Source: Octopus vulgaris (taxonomy: Eukaryota). Taken from it: 64,000 nucleotides of DNA. The translations under genes were made by a program, and so were the position numbers. Positions 51,511 to 64,000 of this stretch are shown here, one piece after another. The DNA lies in the NCBI GenBank assembly GCA_951406725.2, contig OX597826.1:14260001-14324000 (forward strand). The letters run 5' to 3'. Position 1 is the stretch's first letter, and every line of letters begins with the position of its first letter. Under the pieces are notes generated by a model. The model saw nothing but the letters and a program-made list of their open reading frames with translations, was not told the DNA's origin and did not search any database.

Positions 51511-52509
51511 TAACCCATGTCTTTCCCAGGCTATGCTATTATTCTAATTAATAATGTGTCAAATGTGTCAATTAGCGGTGCCGTGGATAATTTTTACCTT
51601 ACCTCAATGACACAGGTGACATATATTAAAACTTCCCCTCAAAGAACTATATTTATAAAAAAGTATAGAGCCATATTATCACCCTCAAATTTGAGACACA
51701 AACACATAAGTTTTCTTTGAAAACTTCATTGCATGAAATTCCTCGAATTGAGCTCTATCATTTAAGCTTGATTAAAATATAGTTTGTTTTTAAAGTAAAG
51801 TTAATAATACTTAAATCCAATTTTGTGCTTTACTTATATTTTTTCCATATTTTACCTCACAAATTTTTTAATACAAAATTTTGTTGCATGGGAACAAATC
51901 TATGAAATTGTTCTTGCTTTCTTCTTCTATCATTGAAGCTAAGATAAATATATCTTGCTTTTCAAATAAAAATTTATTTCGATCTCAACCTGATTGGTGG
52001 CGTTACTTAATCTATTATAACGTTGCTAAAAATGTTGATGTAAGCTTTTTTCTACTGGATCACGTCTTAATTAATTTACGGCAAAATGTATCTACTAATC
52101 TGACCCTATCAAAAATGTTAACAGTCTTCAATTTCGTTAAGAACTGTATTAGTGACAAGCTCTGAAAGAGGTTGCGTGTGAGTAAATTGCAGCCTTAAGA
52201 ATAGTATACAACTACTACTGTAGTTGAATTATATATATATATATCTATCTATCTATATATATATGAGAAGAAAGTAAATGAAACTCTCACACACTCACAC
52301 TCATTAACTTGCATTATTTATTACAACATATCTCTCAGTGTTTATATATGTACACACATACACACACACGTATATATATATATATATACATGTGTGTGTG
52401 TGTATACATTCATACATATATATATGTGTGTGTGTGTATAGATAGATATAGATATAAATAGGTAGATAGATACACACACACACGCATATATATATGTACA
52501 TTTATATAT

Positions 52510-52620
52510 ATTCTTTTGTTATTTTCAATCATTCAACTGCTGCCATGCTGGGGCTACGTGGTGGGACAGAACCTCGAACCATGTTGTTGGGAAGTAAGCT
52601 TCTCACCACAAAGTCATGCC
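52510..52620 (-). mobile_element. Internally deleted family B SINE remnant
   Basis: CCATGCTGG tail piece joined to the GAACCATGTTGTTGGGAAGTAAGCTTCTCACCACA head piece. Confidence 0.6.
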
Positions 52621-52682
52621 TTCTAAATTGTATATGAATATATATGCATATACATACATATATGATATATGTATGTATATAT

Positions 52683-52717
<35 letters not shown>

Positions 52718-53374
52718 TAATCAATGATGCACGTTTATGAGTGTATTTGGGTGTGGAGTGTGAGTGTTTCATTTAATATCTTATCAAATAACATAAATGA
52801 AATAAGATAAACAAATTAAAATATTTCCTTCAAAGTGCACTTCGTTTCTATTAAAACACTAATTTAGAAGGAAAATATATTTGATGTTTTATTATCACAG
52901 ACAGATACTCATATATACACCATCACGAGAAATATGTATACAGATGTTTATATATAACAGAGCAATATTCGAACTTCGTTACAGCTGAATAAATCCATTG
53001 ATCACTAAAACTTGGAGATTTAAGTCATTCTTATGATCCTCTGTAGAATAATTTGCTATTTACATTCATTATGATTCTTCAATTTGCATATATATATATA
53101 TTTGTAGTGCTCTTGCTTTGTGACAACATATATCCACAAACGGACACACATATACAGTCGAACGCGCACACACATACACGCACACACGAGATGCACATAT
53201 ACAAAAACACGCACCTATATACATACAAGCATATATGATTGGGTATGTAACCATTTATACGTGTATATATATATGTAAGTATATACATATAATGGATATA
53301 GATAAATATATATAACGCATATATATATAGATATATATATACACATATACATATATGTATATGTATGTGTATGA

Positions 53375-53459
<85 letters not shown>

Positions 53460-53556
53460 CATATGTATACATATATATATGTACGTAGTACTTATATTTT
53501 GTAATATTCGGCACAAATATCAATTTATGATATTTTAATAGAGTTATTTTAAAGTG

Positions 53557-53647
<91 letters not shown>

Positions 53648-54244
53648 CTGAGTCTAGCAGTGTGTGTCTGTTAATTGTGATGTAGTTTTATTGCATACGT
53701 TTACGCATACGTTCAGTCTCACTTAAACATTGTTATTAAATCACAAGTTCGTGCTTCTTGTACTGAGCCAACTTTGGACTTGCTCCCACCTTTCTGTCAC
53801 GAAAGTGTCCACATTTTCTTGCTACAGACTGAAAGGAGCTTAGAACTACAAAAGTAAAATGGACATTCGTTAAATGTATTGATTTGCACATTCACATCTC
53901 ACTACATTCGTTAGAAGTATGTAGTAGATAATTAATTTGTGAAGGCAATATTTCAAGGCCATTGAGTAAATAGATTCCAAAGGAAGATCTCACGAAATAA
54001 TTAAAAGGCGAGGCTGGACATAGTCAATTTTTTCTACACATATGTTGTCTCAAGAAGCCAGTACTATTCATTCGTATATATATATATATAACGGATAAAA
54101 GTTTTCGAAAAAAATTCTATTTTTAAGCGTGCTTATAGTGATGAATTATATGGTTATTGACGATGTGTCTATTTTCGGTATATTTGGCGTTAGAACTTTT
54201 TTTCTTTTGCCCTTGTTTATAAGTTGTATATATATATATATATA

Positions 54245-54520
54245 CTCATCTATTGATATCGGCTGCCGTGGCTTTCCATCAGGATCACTGAGTTCCAGAC
54301 CTATCTTCCTACAGAACAAAGGTCTGGAATTGAAGAAAACCACCAAGGAAACAGGCTCAGCAGCTAAAACTAGCTAAATCTAGTTAGAGTTGAGAAGAGA
54401 CCGAAAATGGGAGCTGTCAATAGATGGAGACTACCTCATTTCTCGCTGCCTACTCAAGCGAAGCATATAGGCTAAGAGACAAAACGCTTGTGACTGTTAG
54501 ATACAGAGGGGCTTCTAACT
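54245..54520 (+). mobile_element. 3' end of a HERO/NeSL-type RLE retrotransposon
   Basis: IDIGCRGFPSGS...LKKTTKETGSAAKTS*I*LELRRDRKW resembles the (P)IEVGCRGF...AAE.AS.W.W.RR..W C-terminus. Confidence 0.6.
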
Positions 54521-54612
54521 TTGCAATGGATTTAGAAAAGCTTCAAACCTTGAATAGCTGCCGCAGAATATGTGTAAGACATAGTAACCCTGTGTAAGAC
54601 ATGGTATCACAT

Positions 54613-54659
<47 letters not shown>

Positions 54660-55349
54660 TGCTTGTGTGTAAGTGTGTGGATATTTTAGTGAGTCGTTAT
54701 TAGCTTCGTGTTTGCTGTAGCTATATTGGCTGAATTGTGTGTTAAATAATAATAAATCTTACGTATTGCTGTAGAATAAGATAGAAATCAGATGGACTTT
54801 AGTTACAGCTGATTTCATACATTGATCACCAAAGTTTATTGATCTAAGACGTAGAAAACGTAATAATTTTCAAAATAATCAATAACATTCAATCAAAATG
54901 TAATAGTAAATTTACTTATTCCATAACCAATTCACACAAGCTATAGAAAGCAAGTGTGTGTGTATGTATGGGCGTGTAAATGTATATCTGTGCATATGTT
55001 TGTGCATGTGTATGAGTGTGTATTTCGTTTCATGTGTCTTTAATCATATATGTCTATCGTGTTTTGGTGATGTCTAAGTGAATATGCTTTTGAAGAGTTT
55101 TGTGTGAAAAAACTATATGCATAAATGAATTTGAGGTTTACATTTGTTTCTGTGCAATCATGTGTATTTCTATGATATTTCTAATTATTTATGTGTTTCT
55201 ATATCCATATGTGATTAGACATTAACTACAAAGCAGAGAAGTTAATCTCTAAGTGAAATCTTTGGTAGATTTATGGATTTATAAAATGCTTTCAACTTCC
55301 TGTTTTGTTGTACTATATCTAATATGTAAAATTCAGAAATACAAACATA

Positions 55350-55372
55350 ATTATCTATCTATCAATCAATCA

Positions 55373-55450
<78 letters not shown>

Positions 55451-55536
55451 ATATATATATCTGTGCATCTATCTATATATTTATCTATCTATCTATTATA
55501 TATATATATCTATTTATCTATCTATCTATTATATTA

Positions 55537-55588
<52 letters not shown>

Positions 55589-55590
55589 CA
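55350..55590. repeat. (TATC)n/(TA)n microsatellite
   Basis: Directly visible. Confidence 0.95.
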
Positions 55591-56021
55591 TTCAGAGAGC
55601 TAGCTAGCTAGATAAATACATATACACAATTATACCTATATATATATAATAAGAGTGTTAGACGAAATATATTCAGCATTTCAAGAAGAGGAAAACTCAT
55701 ACTGCAACATGTCTCTTAAATCATCAGCAGCATTTATCATGATTTTTGTTTATCGCCTAGAAGGTAAACGTATTACGTATGTAAAATTTTTCATTCATAC
55801 GTAATAGTATGGCGTGGGAGAAGCACGATCTAAGTGTATTTGTTGATTTTTTTGTTTCTTTCGTTTTGCTGCCAATGTCATTCTCGAGTCTCAATTTTAT
55901 ACGCGAGGGAGGCAGAAAGGGAGAAATAAAGAAAGAATGTTATAATAATCACCATTGTATTGTCTCCATGTACTTGCTCTTAGGCTTTGTCCATAGGATC
56001 AATGGTAATAAGATTTGTTAA

Positions 56022-56348
56022 ATTCCTTCGGTCACGATTGACCGTGGAATTGCACCTAGAAAGTTACCCTCCCAGGATCAAGTCCTGGAAGGTTGTTTAT
56101 GGAAAACCAGCACTCGCCCATGTACACCAGCCTACCCTCTCCACGTCACCGATGTTACCCAAGGGAAATGCAAGGGCCTATACAGCTTGGCACCTGTGAC
56201 GTTGCAACTCATTTCTACAGATGAGTGAACTGGAGCAACGTGAAATAAAGTGTCTTGCTGAAGAACACAACACAGCCCGGTCCGGGAATCGAACTCACAA
56301 CCTCAAGTTCGTAAGTTCGACGCTCTAACCATTGAGCCATGTGCCTTC
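56022..56348 (-). mobile_element. tRNA-derived CORE-type SINE, family C
   Basis: Minus strand: A box TGGCTCAATGG, B box GAGTTCGATTCC, CORE-like GTGTTCTTCAGCAAGACACTTTATTTCACGTTGCTCCAGTTCACTCATCTGTAGAAATGAG. Confidence 0.85.
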
Positions 56349-57441
56349 TTCTGGGTATAACCAACTAAGAACCAAAGCGTTAAAGACATATATTCATCCT
56401 AAATCAAGAAGATATCGTACAGCAGAATTTTGAAACCAATCAACGGTCCAGTATATCACACATAATATAAAGTAATTAACGGATAAAATTTGATAAACCA
56501 AATTGCTTTTTTTGTTGGGGGAGGGGCTTAAGTCATAGAATTCTCTTCAAAGTTAATATATGTAACATTATCATTGAATTATCATTAAGTTTAAAGACGA
56601 ATCTCAGGTTGTTAGCTTGGGAAAAATAGTGCAGCGGAGCAAGTGTTGACTCTAAGAAACGCATAGGCCGGGCGAATAATAATAAAAAGATAAAAAGGTG
56701 GGCAAGCTTTATATAAATGACGTCAAATCATTTAAAGATATGTTACATAAGGATAAATATATTTTAGAAGAAAAATATTTTTTTTCCAAAATTCAATGAC
56801 TGAATCGTAGCCTAATGTTGCAAACAGGTGAAAGCAATGGTTCGATTATACTTAGCGAAAGAAAAAACGTGCGATTCGTCCATAAATTCAAGCTTTAAGC
56901 GTCACATCACCGAAGCTTTTAAGCAGACGGAAGACATGCAAAGAAAATATAGAAGCAGTAAATATTACATCAAAAAGGCATCACAGCAACAAAAGACGTG
57001 GGAATAAGAGTATAACAAACATGTAATACGGCGATATTAATAAGGCTAAGAGGTTAAAAGCAAAATTGAATTGTTAAAAGAGAGGGAGAAAGGTTAGTTT
57101 ACAGATAGATAATAAAAGAAGAAAAAGAGAAAAATGCAGTAAGAAAAGACAATAATAAATATACACCTGGAACAATATAGAGTGAAGACAAAAGGTTAAA
57201 GAAAAGTATTAAGAAGGAAGAGATTAAGGAAGAAATTGCTATATATCTAAGTAAATGTCAGACTTAAGTTCTAGCAACCTGCATAATTTATAAGAATCCA
57301 GGTGTGCAGAACCTACGAAAGTTGTAATCGATATTTAAGAATATCAAATGAGTAATGAGACGAAATAAGGAGAGAATATAAAGTGAAATTTTGCAATTGG
57401 AAAGGTGTAACGAGGAACTTTAAAACTTTCTTTATCTAATA

Positions 57442-57955
57442 CTAGCAGTATCACCCGGCGTTGCTCGGGTTTGTAAGGGAAATAACTATATAAGCATTTT
57501 TAGAGAGTTACTTCCCTTATAGATGCCAATTCGGGCTTTCTTAGCCATTTCTGTTTTGGTGTTTTCAAGCCATGAAGTCGTTGTTCTAAAAGGACGCTGG
57601 TCTCCTTGACAACGCATTACGACGTTGATTTCCTTAAACTCCCTTCCCCACAGCTTCACGAGGGAGGGAAGGGGGAGAAGCAAACATAGGTGCAGGTGTT
57701 TGAGCGTGGACGCCAACTCCGCCGCCATCGACACACGAAAAATTATGCATTAAAATGGAATAAAAAATGATGTTAAATTATTTTTTAAATCGTAGACTCA
57801 TCGTAGACGCGCGCTAATACTCAGACGGGCTCGATATGAATCACGACTATAAGATACCCGAATTTGGTTAAACTGCACCGCAAAATGTGGGAGTAGTTAG
57901 GAATCTAAATCGAAGGGGACAGACACTCACACAACTACAGTTTTATATATATAGA
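57442..57955 (-). mobile_element. Non-autonomous Helitron (514 bp)
   Basis: Minus strand starts A|TCTATATATATAAAA and ends with hairpin CCCGAGCAACGCCGGG then CTAG|T. No TSD. Confidence 0.9.
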
Positions 57956-58337
57956 TATAAAATAGAGATGTGTGTGTATTCGCTTTTCAGCGAAAACGGC
58001 TTCACCAATTGTTTCCATTCTCGTGATGTGTGACTAATTTGACCTCGAACATATGTTGAGGTCTTCATTTGATTTTTTCTTTAGTAAAAAAAAAAAATAT
58101 TGCTTTATATTTATGATAAACTTCTTTAAAAACGTTTCTCAAACGTTTACTGGTGTAAACACAGCGACATCTCACACTCTCTATTTTAATGTTCGCTGTT
58201 TGGAAACAACTACGATAAATTACTGAAAGAAATATTTGCTAAGTTCACAAATTTAAATATTCGGTACAAGATTTTAACGTGCTTTTATTTATACGATTTT
58301 CTCATTTCATGTTTATCTCATTCATTGTTCGCAATGG

Positions 58338-58368
<31 letters not shown>

Positions 58369-58900
58369 TACACATACACGCTCACACACACACACACACA
58401 CACACTCCAAGTTTGATTTCGTTCTGAACTCGCACACTTCGTTAATTTCTGTAAAAATTTATATTTATGTGTTTGTAGTCAGTCACACACTCTCACGTGT
58501 TTTTGTATGTACGTTTGTATACATTTATGTATGCATGCGTGTGTGTGTGTGAGAGAGAGAGAGGAAGTGCGTGAAGGAGCGTGTTTGTCATGTATACGTA
58601 CATACATAAATACATATGCATACATCTTTCTTGTATGTATGTGTGCCTGTGTGTGAGAGAGAGAGATGACTAACTGACACTCTCGCACACACACACATGC
58701 ACATTCTTCCTCTCTCCCACACACACGCACACATACATGCAAGAAAGATTTATGCCTATTTATTTATGTATGTATTCAATCATATCAAAGGGAAATGGAA
58801 TTTAATTAAAGTTAAAAACATTCAATCAAAAATTACATTTCCAGTGGTCCAATGCGTAAAAAAATTTTAGTCAAAAAGACTATATATTAGTTATTAGTCA

Positions 58901-59072
58901 TACGATATAGTGTGTATTTAAATACATAGAGAATCCATTTATAGGGATTCTACGCGCTAGAAAGAACAGCTATGTTCTATAATCACCAAAAATTGGGGAT
59001 AAGATTCTTTCTAGCGCGTAAGAATCCACTATAAGTGAATTCTCTATGTATTTAAATATACACTATATCGTA
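58901..59072. repeat. Fold-back palindrome (~66-bp arms)
   Basis: 58901-58966 and 59005-59072 are reverse complements with a few mismatches and indels. Confidence 0.85.
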
Positions 59073-59239
59073 TTTGTGTATGTATATATACATGACAACA
59101 CACCCTTTCACTCGCTCTCTCCCTCTGTCTGTCTGTCTGTGTCTCTCTCTCTCTCACACACGTCTATTTCATCGGATGTTTGATACTGTATGTGTATATC
59201 TGTGTTTGCATGCGGGCGGGCGGCGTCCCACTATCGCCA

Positions 59240-60490
59240 GGAAAAGGCAGAAGAGTTTTTGTCTTCTTGCTCCTGGTGACACAAGTAAAACTTTTGCAAC
59301 ATTGCTTCTCTCCTAGGTAAGGGAACAAATAAAAATTACAGTTGCTGTACTATTGTCTGGCTTTGCTGCCACCATTCTCCCAGGAGAACGAGCAGTTAAT
59401 TCCGCTTTAAAATTACCACTAAAACTGATCACAAATGACAGTTCAATTTGTAACATTAGGTTCAGCAGAAATTTTGTGACAATGCCACCTTATCATTTGG
59501 GATGAATGTCACATAGAGGTGCAGTAGAAGCTCTTGGTAAGACTTTACAGGACATCAGAGGCAACAATAAATCTATGGGAGGAGTTACAGTAGTTTTATC
59601 AAGAGACTTCAAACAAGCATTACCAGTCATTCCTAGACGAACAAGATCTGATGAAATAAACGCATGCATTAAGTCTTCACACCTATGGAAAAAAGTACTG
59701 AAATTCTCCTTCAATACTAACGTGCGAGCTTTATAAAATGGGGATCAATGCGCAAAGCAATTTTCAACCTGGCTCCTCCAATTAGGAAATGGGGAAAGTA
59801 CTATTTGATGGGAATGGTGATATCAGTTCGGCTCATATTGCTATCGTGGTGAATTCCCCATTTGAAATGAAGAATAAGATATTTCCAGACTTAAGTAATA
59901 ATTATAATTCACATAAATGGTTGTGTAAAAGGGCAATTCTTACGGCAAACAAATAAGACAGTTGCAAGGATTAACCATGAATTAATTGAATACGATTCCA
60001 ACAGACTTTAAAAAGTACAACTCAGTTGATAAATCTTTGATGGTCATTACTCAAAAGAGTTCCTTAATTCTCTTGAGCCAACTGGAATTCCTCCACATAA
60101 ACTTTTTCTGAGGGTAGGAGTCCCAATAATTCTTCTAAGAAATTTAGATACTCCTGAATTGTGAACTGGTGCAAGGTTGATTGTGAAGACATTATCACCT
60201 ATTGTGACAAAAGCTACCATCATCACTGGATGTGCCTCTGGGGAAGAGGTTTTCATTCGAAGAATTCCAACCAAACTAAGAGACATGCAATCTGAGGTAC
60301 AATTCTCAGTGTGACTTTGCTTTGCAATGTCTATTAATAAAGTTCAGGAGAAGACTTTGAAATCTTGTGCCTTGCTTTTCTCATGGTCAGCTTTATGTTT
60401 GTTGTTCCTGGGTTGGTAGTTTGCAAGACTTATTTATCTATGCTCCAAAGCAGAAAACAAAGAATGTTGTTTATCCAGAAGTTCTTACGT
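59240..60490 (+). pseudogene. Helitron Rep/Hel PIF1-family helicase remnant
   Basis: APGDTSKTF (Walker A), [77 protein letters not shown]. Many stops and frameshifts. Confidence 0.92.
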
Positions 60491-60542
60491 TTATGGTAGA
60501 ATTTATCTCCTTTCATAAAAGTCGTCAACTTTGTAATTTCGA

Positions 60543-61020
<478 letters not shown>

Positions 61021-61038
61021 GTTATTATTATTATTATT

Positions 61039-61122
61039 CAGTAGTTTTATTTTTATAGCGTGCTTTCACTTCACTACCGAGCGCAGCTCTGTGTGCCTTG
61101 GGTATGTGCTGTGATTTGTTGT
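61039..61122 (-). mobile_element. Second 84-bp copy of the same LINE 3' terminus
   Basis: Identical to 60643-60726; flanked by ATT/TAA tracts. Confidence 0.85.
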
Positions 61123-61123
61123 T

Positions 61124-61159
<36 letters not shown>

Positions 61160-61204
61160 TCTTTTATATATTATTTATTTATTTATTTATTATTATTATT
61201 ATTA

Positions 61205-61310
<106 letters not shown>

Positions 61311-62219
61311 GGTCATTATTATTATTATTATTTTGTATTATGAATTCAGAACTGATTTCCCGATTAAAAAATAAATTGTATCACATTTAAAGAATAAAGG
61401 GAATTTAGAATAATACATTTCTGTGCAGCATATTTGGCTTTTTTCTTCGAATACATTAGGAAAAATTTCATTCCCGGGCAATGCGGGGTGCCTCTGCTAG
61501 TATAGCTACAAAGAAAAGCCTACAGACCTCGACGTTTCATTACAATAATAGTTATCCTATGGATCGGTTTACGCCCGTATGATTCCATATATATCTGAAG
61601 GGGGACAAATAAAAGCAGGGTCGGTGAAATTAAAACGAAGCACAAGAAAATAGTCATAAATATTGCAATATATATAGCTATGGTAAAAGGTAAATGAATT
61701 AAAGAGACGGTGACGAGAGAAGTAGCTGCATCACGCATACTTTTCAGGAGAAAATGATGACTTTCACATAATATTTTAACATATCCTTTTCTAAAAAGAA
61801 CGCCTAAATGTGGTCACATTATTAAGGTCTTCTGATTTTAATAATTGACCAAGTAATATAAGAAATATTATTCTAGAGATGATTAATACTATTTGCTAAT
61901 GTGGAAGATGGTTTGCGTTTGATAAGAGAAAACAACTAGAACTGAGCTACGTAGATTTTCTTGACATCTGTGTTTGATCCAAAATATATCTTTGTCTTAT
62001 GATGTGTGAAGGGTATTATGCCTCTATAAATGACATTACGTTGCAAACAATAACCATTAAAATGACAACAATTGCATTCATTCGTAATGACAATCACCTG
62101 TTAAATTACATTCGACGTTAAAACTGTTATTATTCTTACGCATATTAATATTATCAATATTAATATTAACGGTAGAAATACTATTCGATTAACTTTACAA
62201 TTAATATTATTGGGAACAT

Positions 62220-62301
62220 TCTTATTCTTTTTCTTCTTCTTCTTCTTCTTCTTCTTCTTCTTCTTCTTCTTCTTCTTCTTCTTCTTCTTCTTCTTCTTTT
62301 T

Positions 62302-62340
<39 letters not shown>

Positions 62341-62469
62341 TTTCTTCTTCTTCTTCTTCTTCTTCTTCTTCTTCTTCTTCTTCTTCTTCTTCTTCTTCTT
62401 CTTCTTCTTTTTCTTCTTTTTCTTCTTTTTCTTCTTCTTCTTCTTCTTCTTCTGCTTCTTCTTCTTTTT

Positions 62470-62525
<56 letters not shown>

Positions 62526-62680
62526 TCTTTTTCTTCTTCTTTTTCTTTTTCTTCTTCTTCTTCTTCTTCTTCTTCTTCTCCTTCTTCTTCTTCTTTTCTT
62601 CTTCTTCTTCTTCTCCTTCTTCTTCTTCTTCTCCTTCTTCTTCTTTTCTTCTTCTTTTTCTACTTTCTCTTCTTCATCTT
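62220..62680. repeat. Compound (TTC)/(TAC) microsatellite
   Basis: Directly visible. Confidence 0.95.
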
Positions 62681-62759
62681 CTTAGCATTAGCATTAATAT
62701 TTCATATACAGACTGCAAATTAAAGTGTTCGAGAAGTCAAATTTCTCAACTTCATACCA

Positions 62760-63415
<656 letters not shown>

Positions 63416-64000
63416 CGGGGTAAATAGATTCCACTAAATTTCTACCCTGAAATCGTTCACTCTGTGCCTGAATTGGAAGGCACTATTTTAATATAGAGAC
63501 CCTGCTTCACTTTGCTCCTCTTACAAACACACCACACATTCGCATATAAACACACACTTACATATATTTTGTAGATTTTAGATTGGTATAATCTTCGGAA
63601 AAATCGCAAAGCTCAACTAGAGATTTATTATTTAGTATTAAAATATTTATATTGAAAGGGAAACATCTAATTTACTAAGTTCATAATTATTACACTGCGA
63701 AGCACAAAGTCAATCAATCAGAACAAACATCAGATACGAAGGACATATTATTGTCAATTAAATTCTCCTTTAGCCAAATTCATACAACATTCGTAATCTT
63801 TGTGATGGGGAAAGTATCAAGTCAGTCTGTTTTATATTTACGTTTACTAAAATTATAGAAGGCTCCCAAAATTAGTGTTTCTATCCTCCTAAACCTCACT
63901 CTCTATTTCTGCTATCTTTCACTATAATTTTGTCTCTTTTTCAAGATTACTGGCTTAGGTTTTATGGCGAGCAAAAGAGTAAATCAAATATTATATCTGG

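Noticed and set aside
59240-60490. Host PIF1 helicase gene
   Set aside because: Intronless, full of stops, with a Helitron-type T.NVVY.EVL ending and a downstream hairpin-CTAG terminus.

Overview
AT-rich, microsatellite-dense eukaryotic DNA with no host gene that I can support. Almost all long ORFs in the track are translations of (TA)n, (CA)n, (TATC)n, (ATT)n, (TTC)n and similar repeats. The repeat content suggests an octopod (Octopus-like) intergenic or intronic region; that is an inference, not a database result. The window is a nested transposon landscape: three tRNA-derived SINE families; Tc1/mariner copies (maT-like, Tc1 DD34E, a full-length 1.28-kb DD34D mariner, two remnants) and a pogo-like MITE; R4/Dong-type restriction-endonuclease LINE fragments, mostly beside (ATT)n; a Tx1/L1-clade 3' end inside (TATC)n; several Penelope-like elements (PLEs) with minimal hammerhead motifs; and two Helitrons. 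The most interesting observations are: (1) a PLE 3' end with a tRNA-like Pol III cassette followed by three tandem hammerhead-like units; (2) a tandem pair of ~1.8-kb ORF1-only (HAL1-like) retroelements; (3) a 3' tail shared by that element, the dominant SINE and the Tx1-type LINE, suggesting one LINE mobilises two kinds of non-autonomous partner. All family assignments come from motif recognition by eye and need database confirmation.
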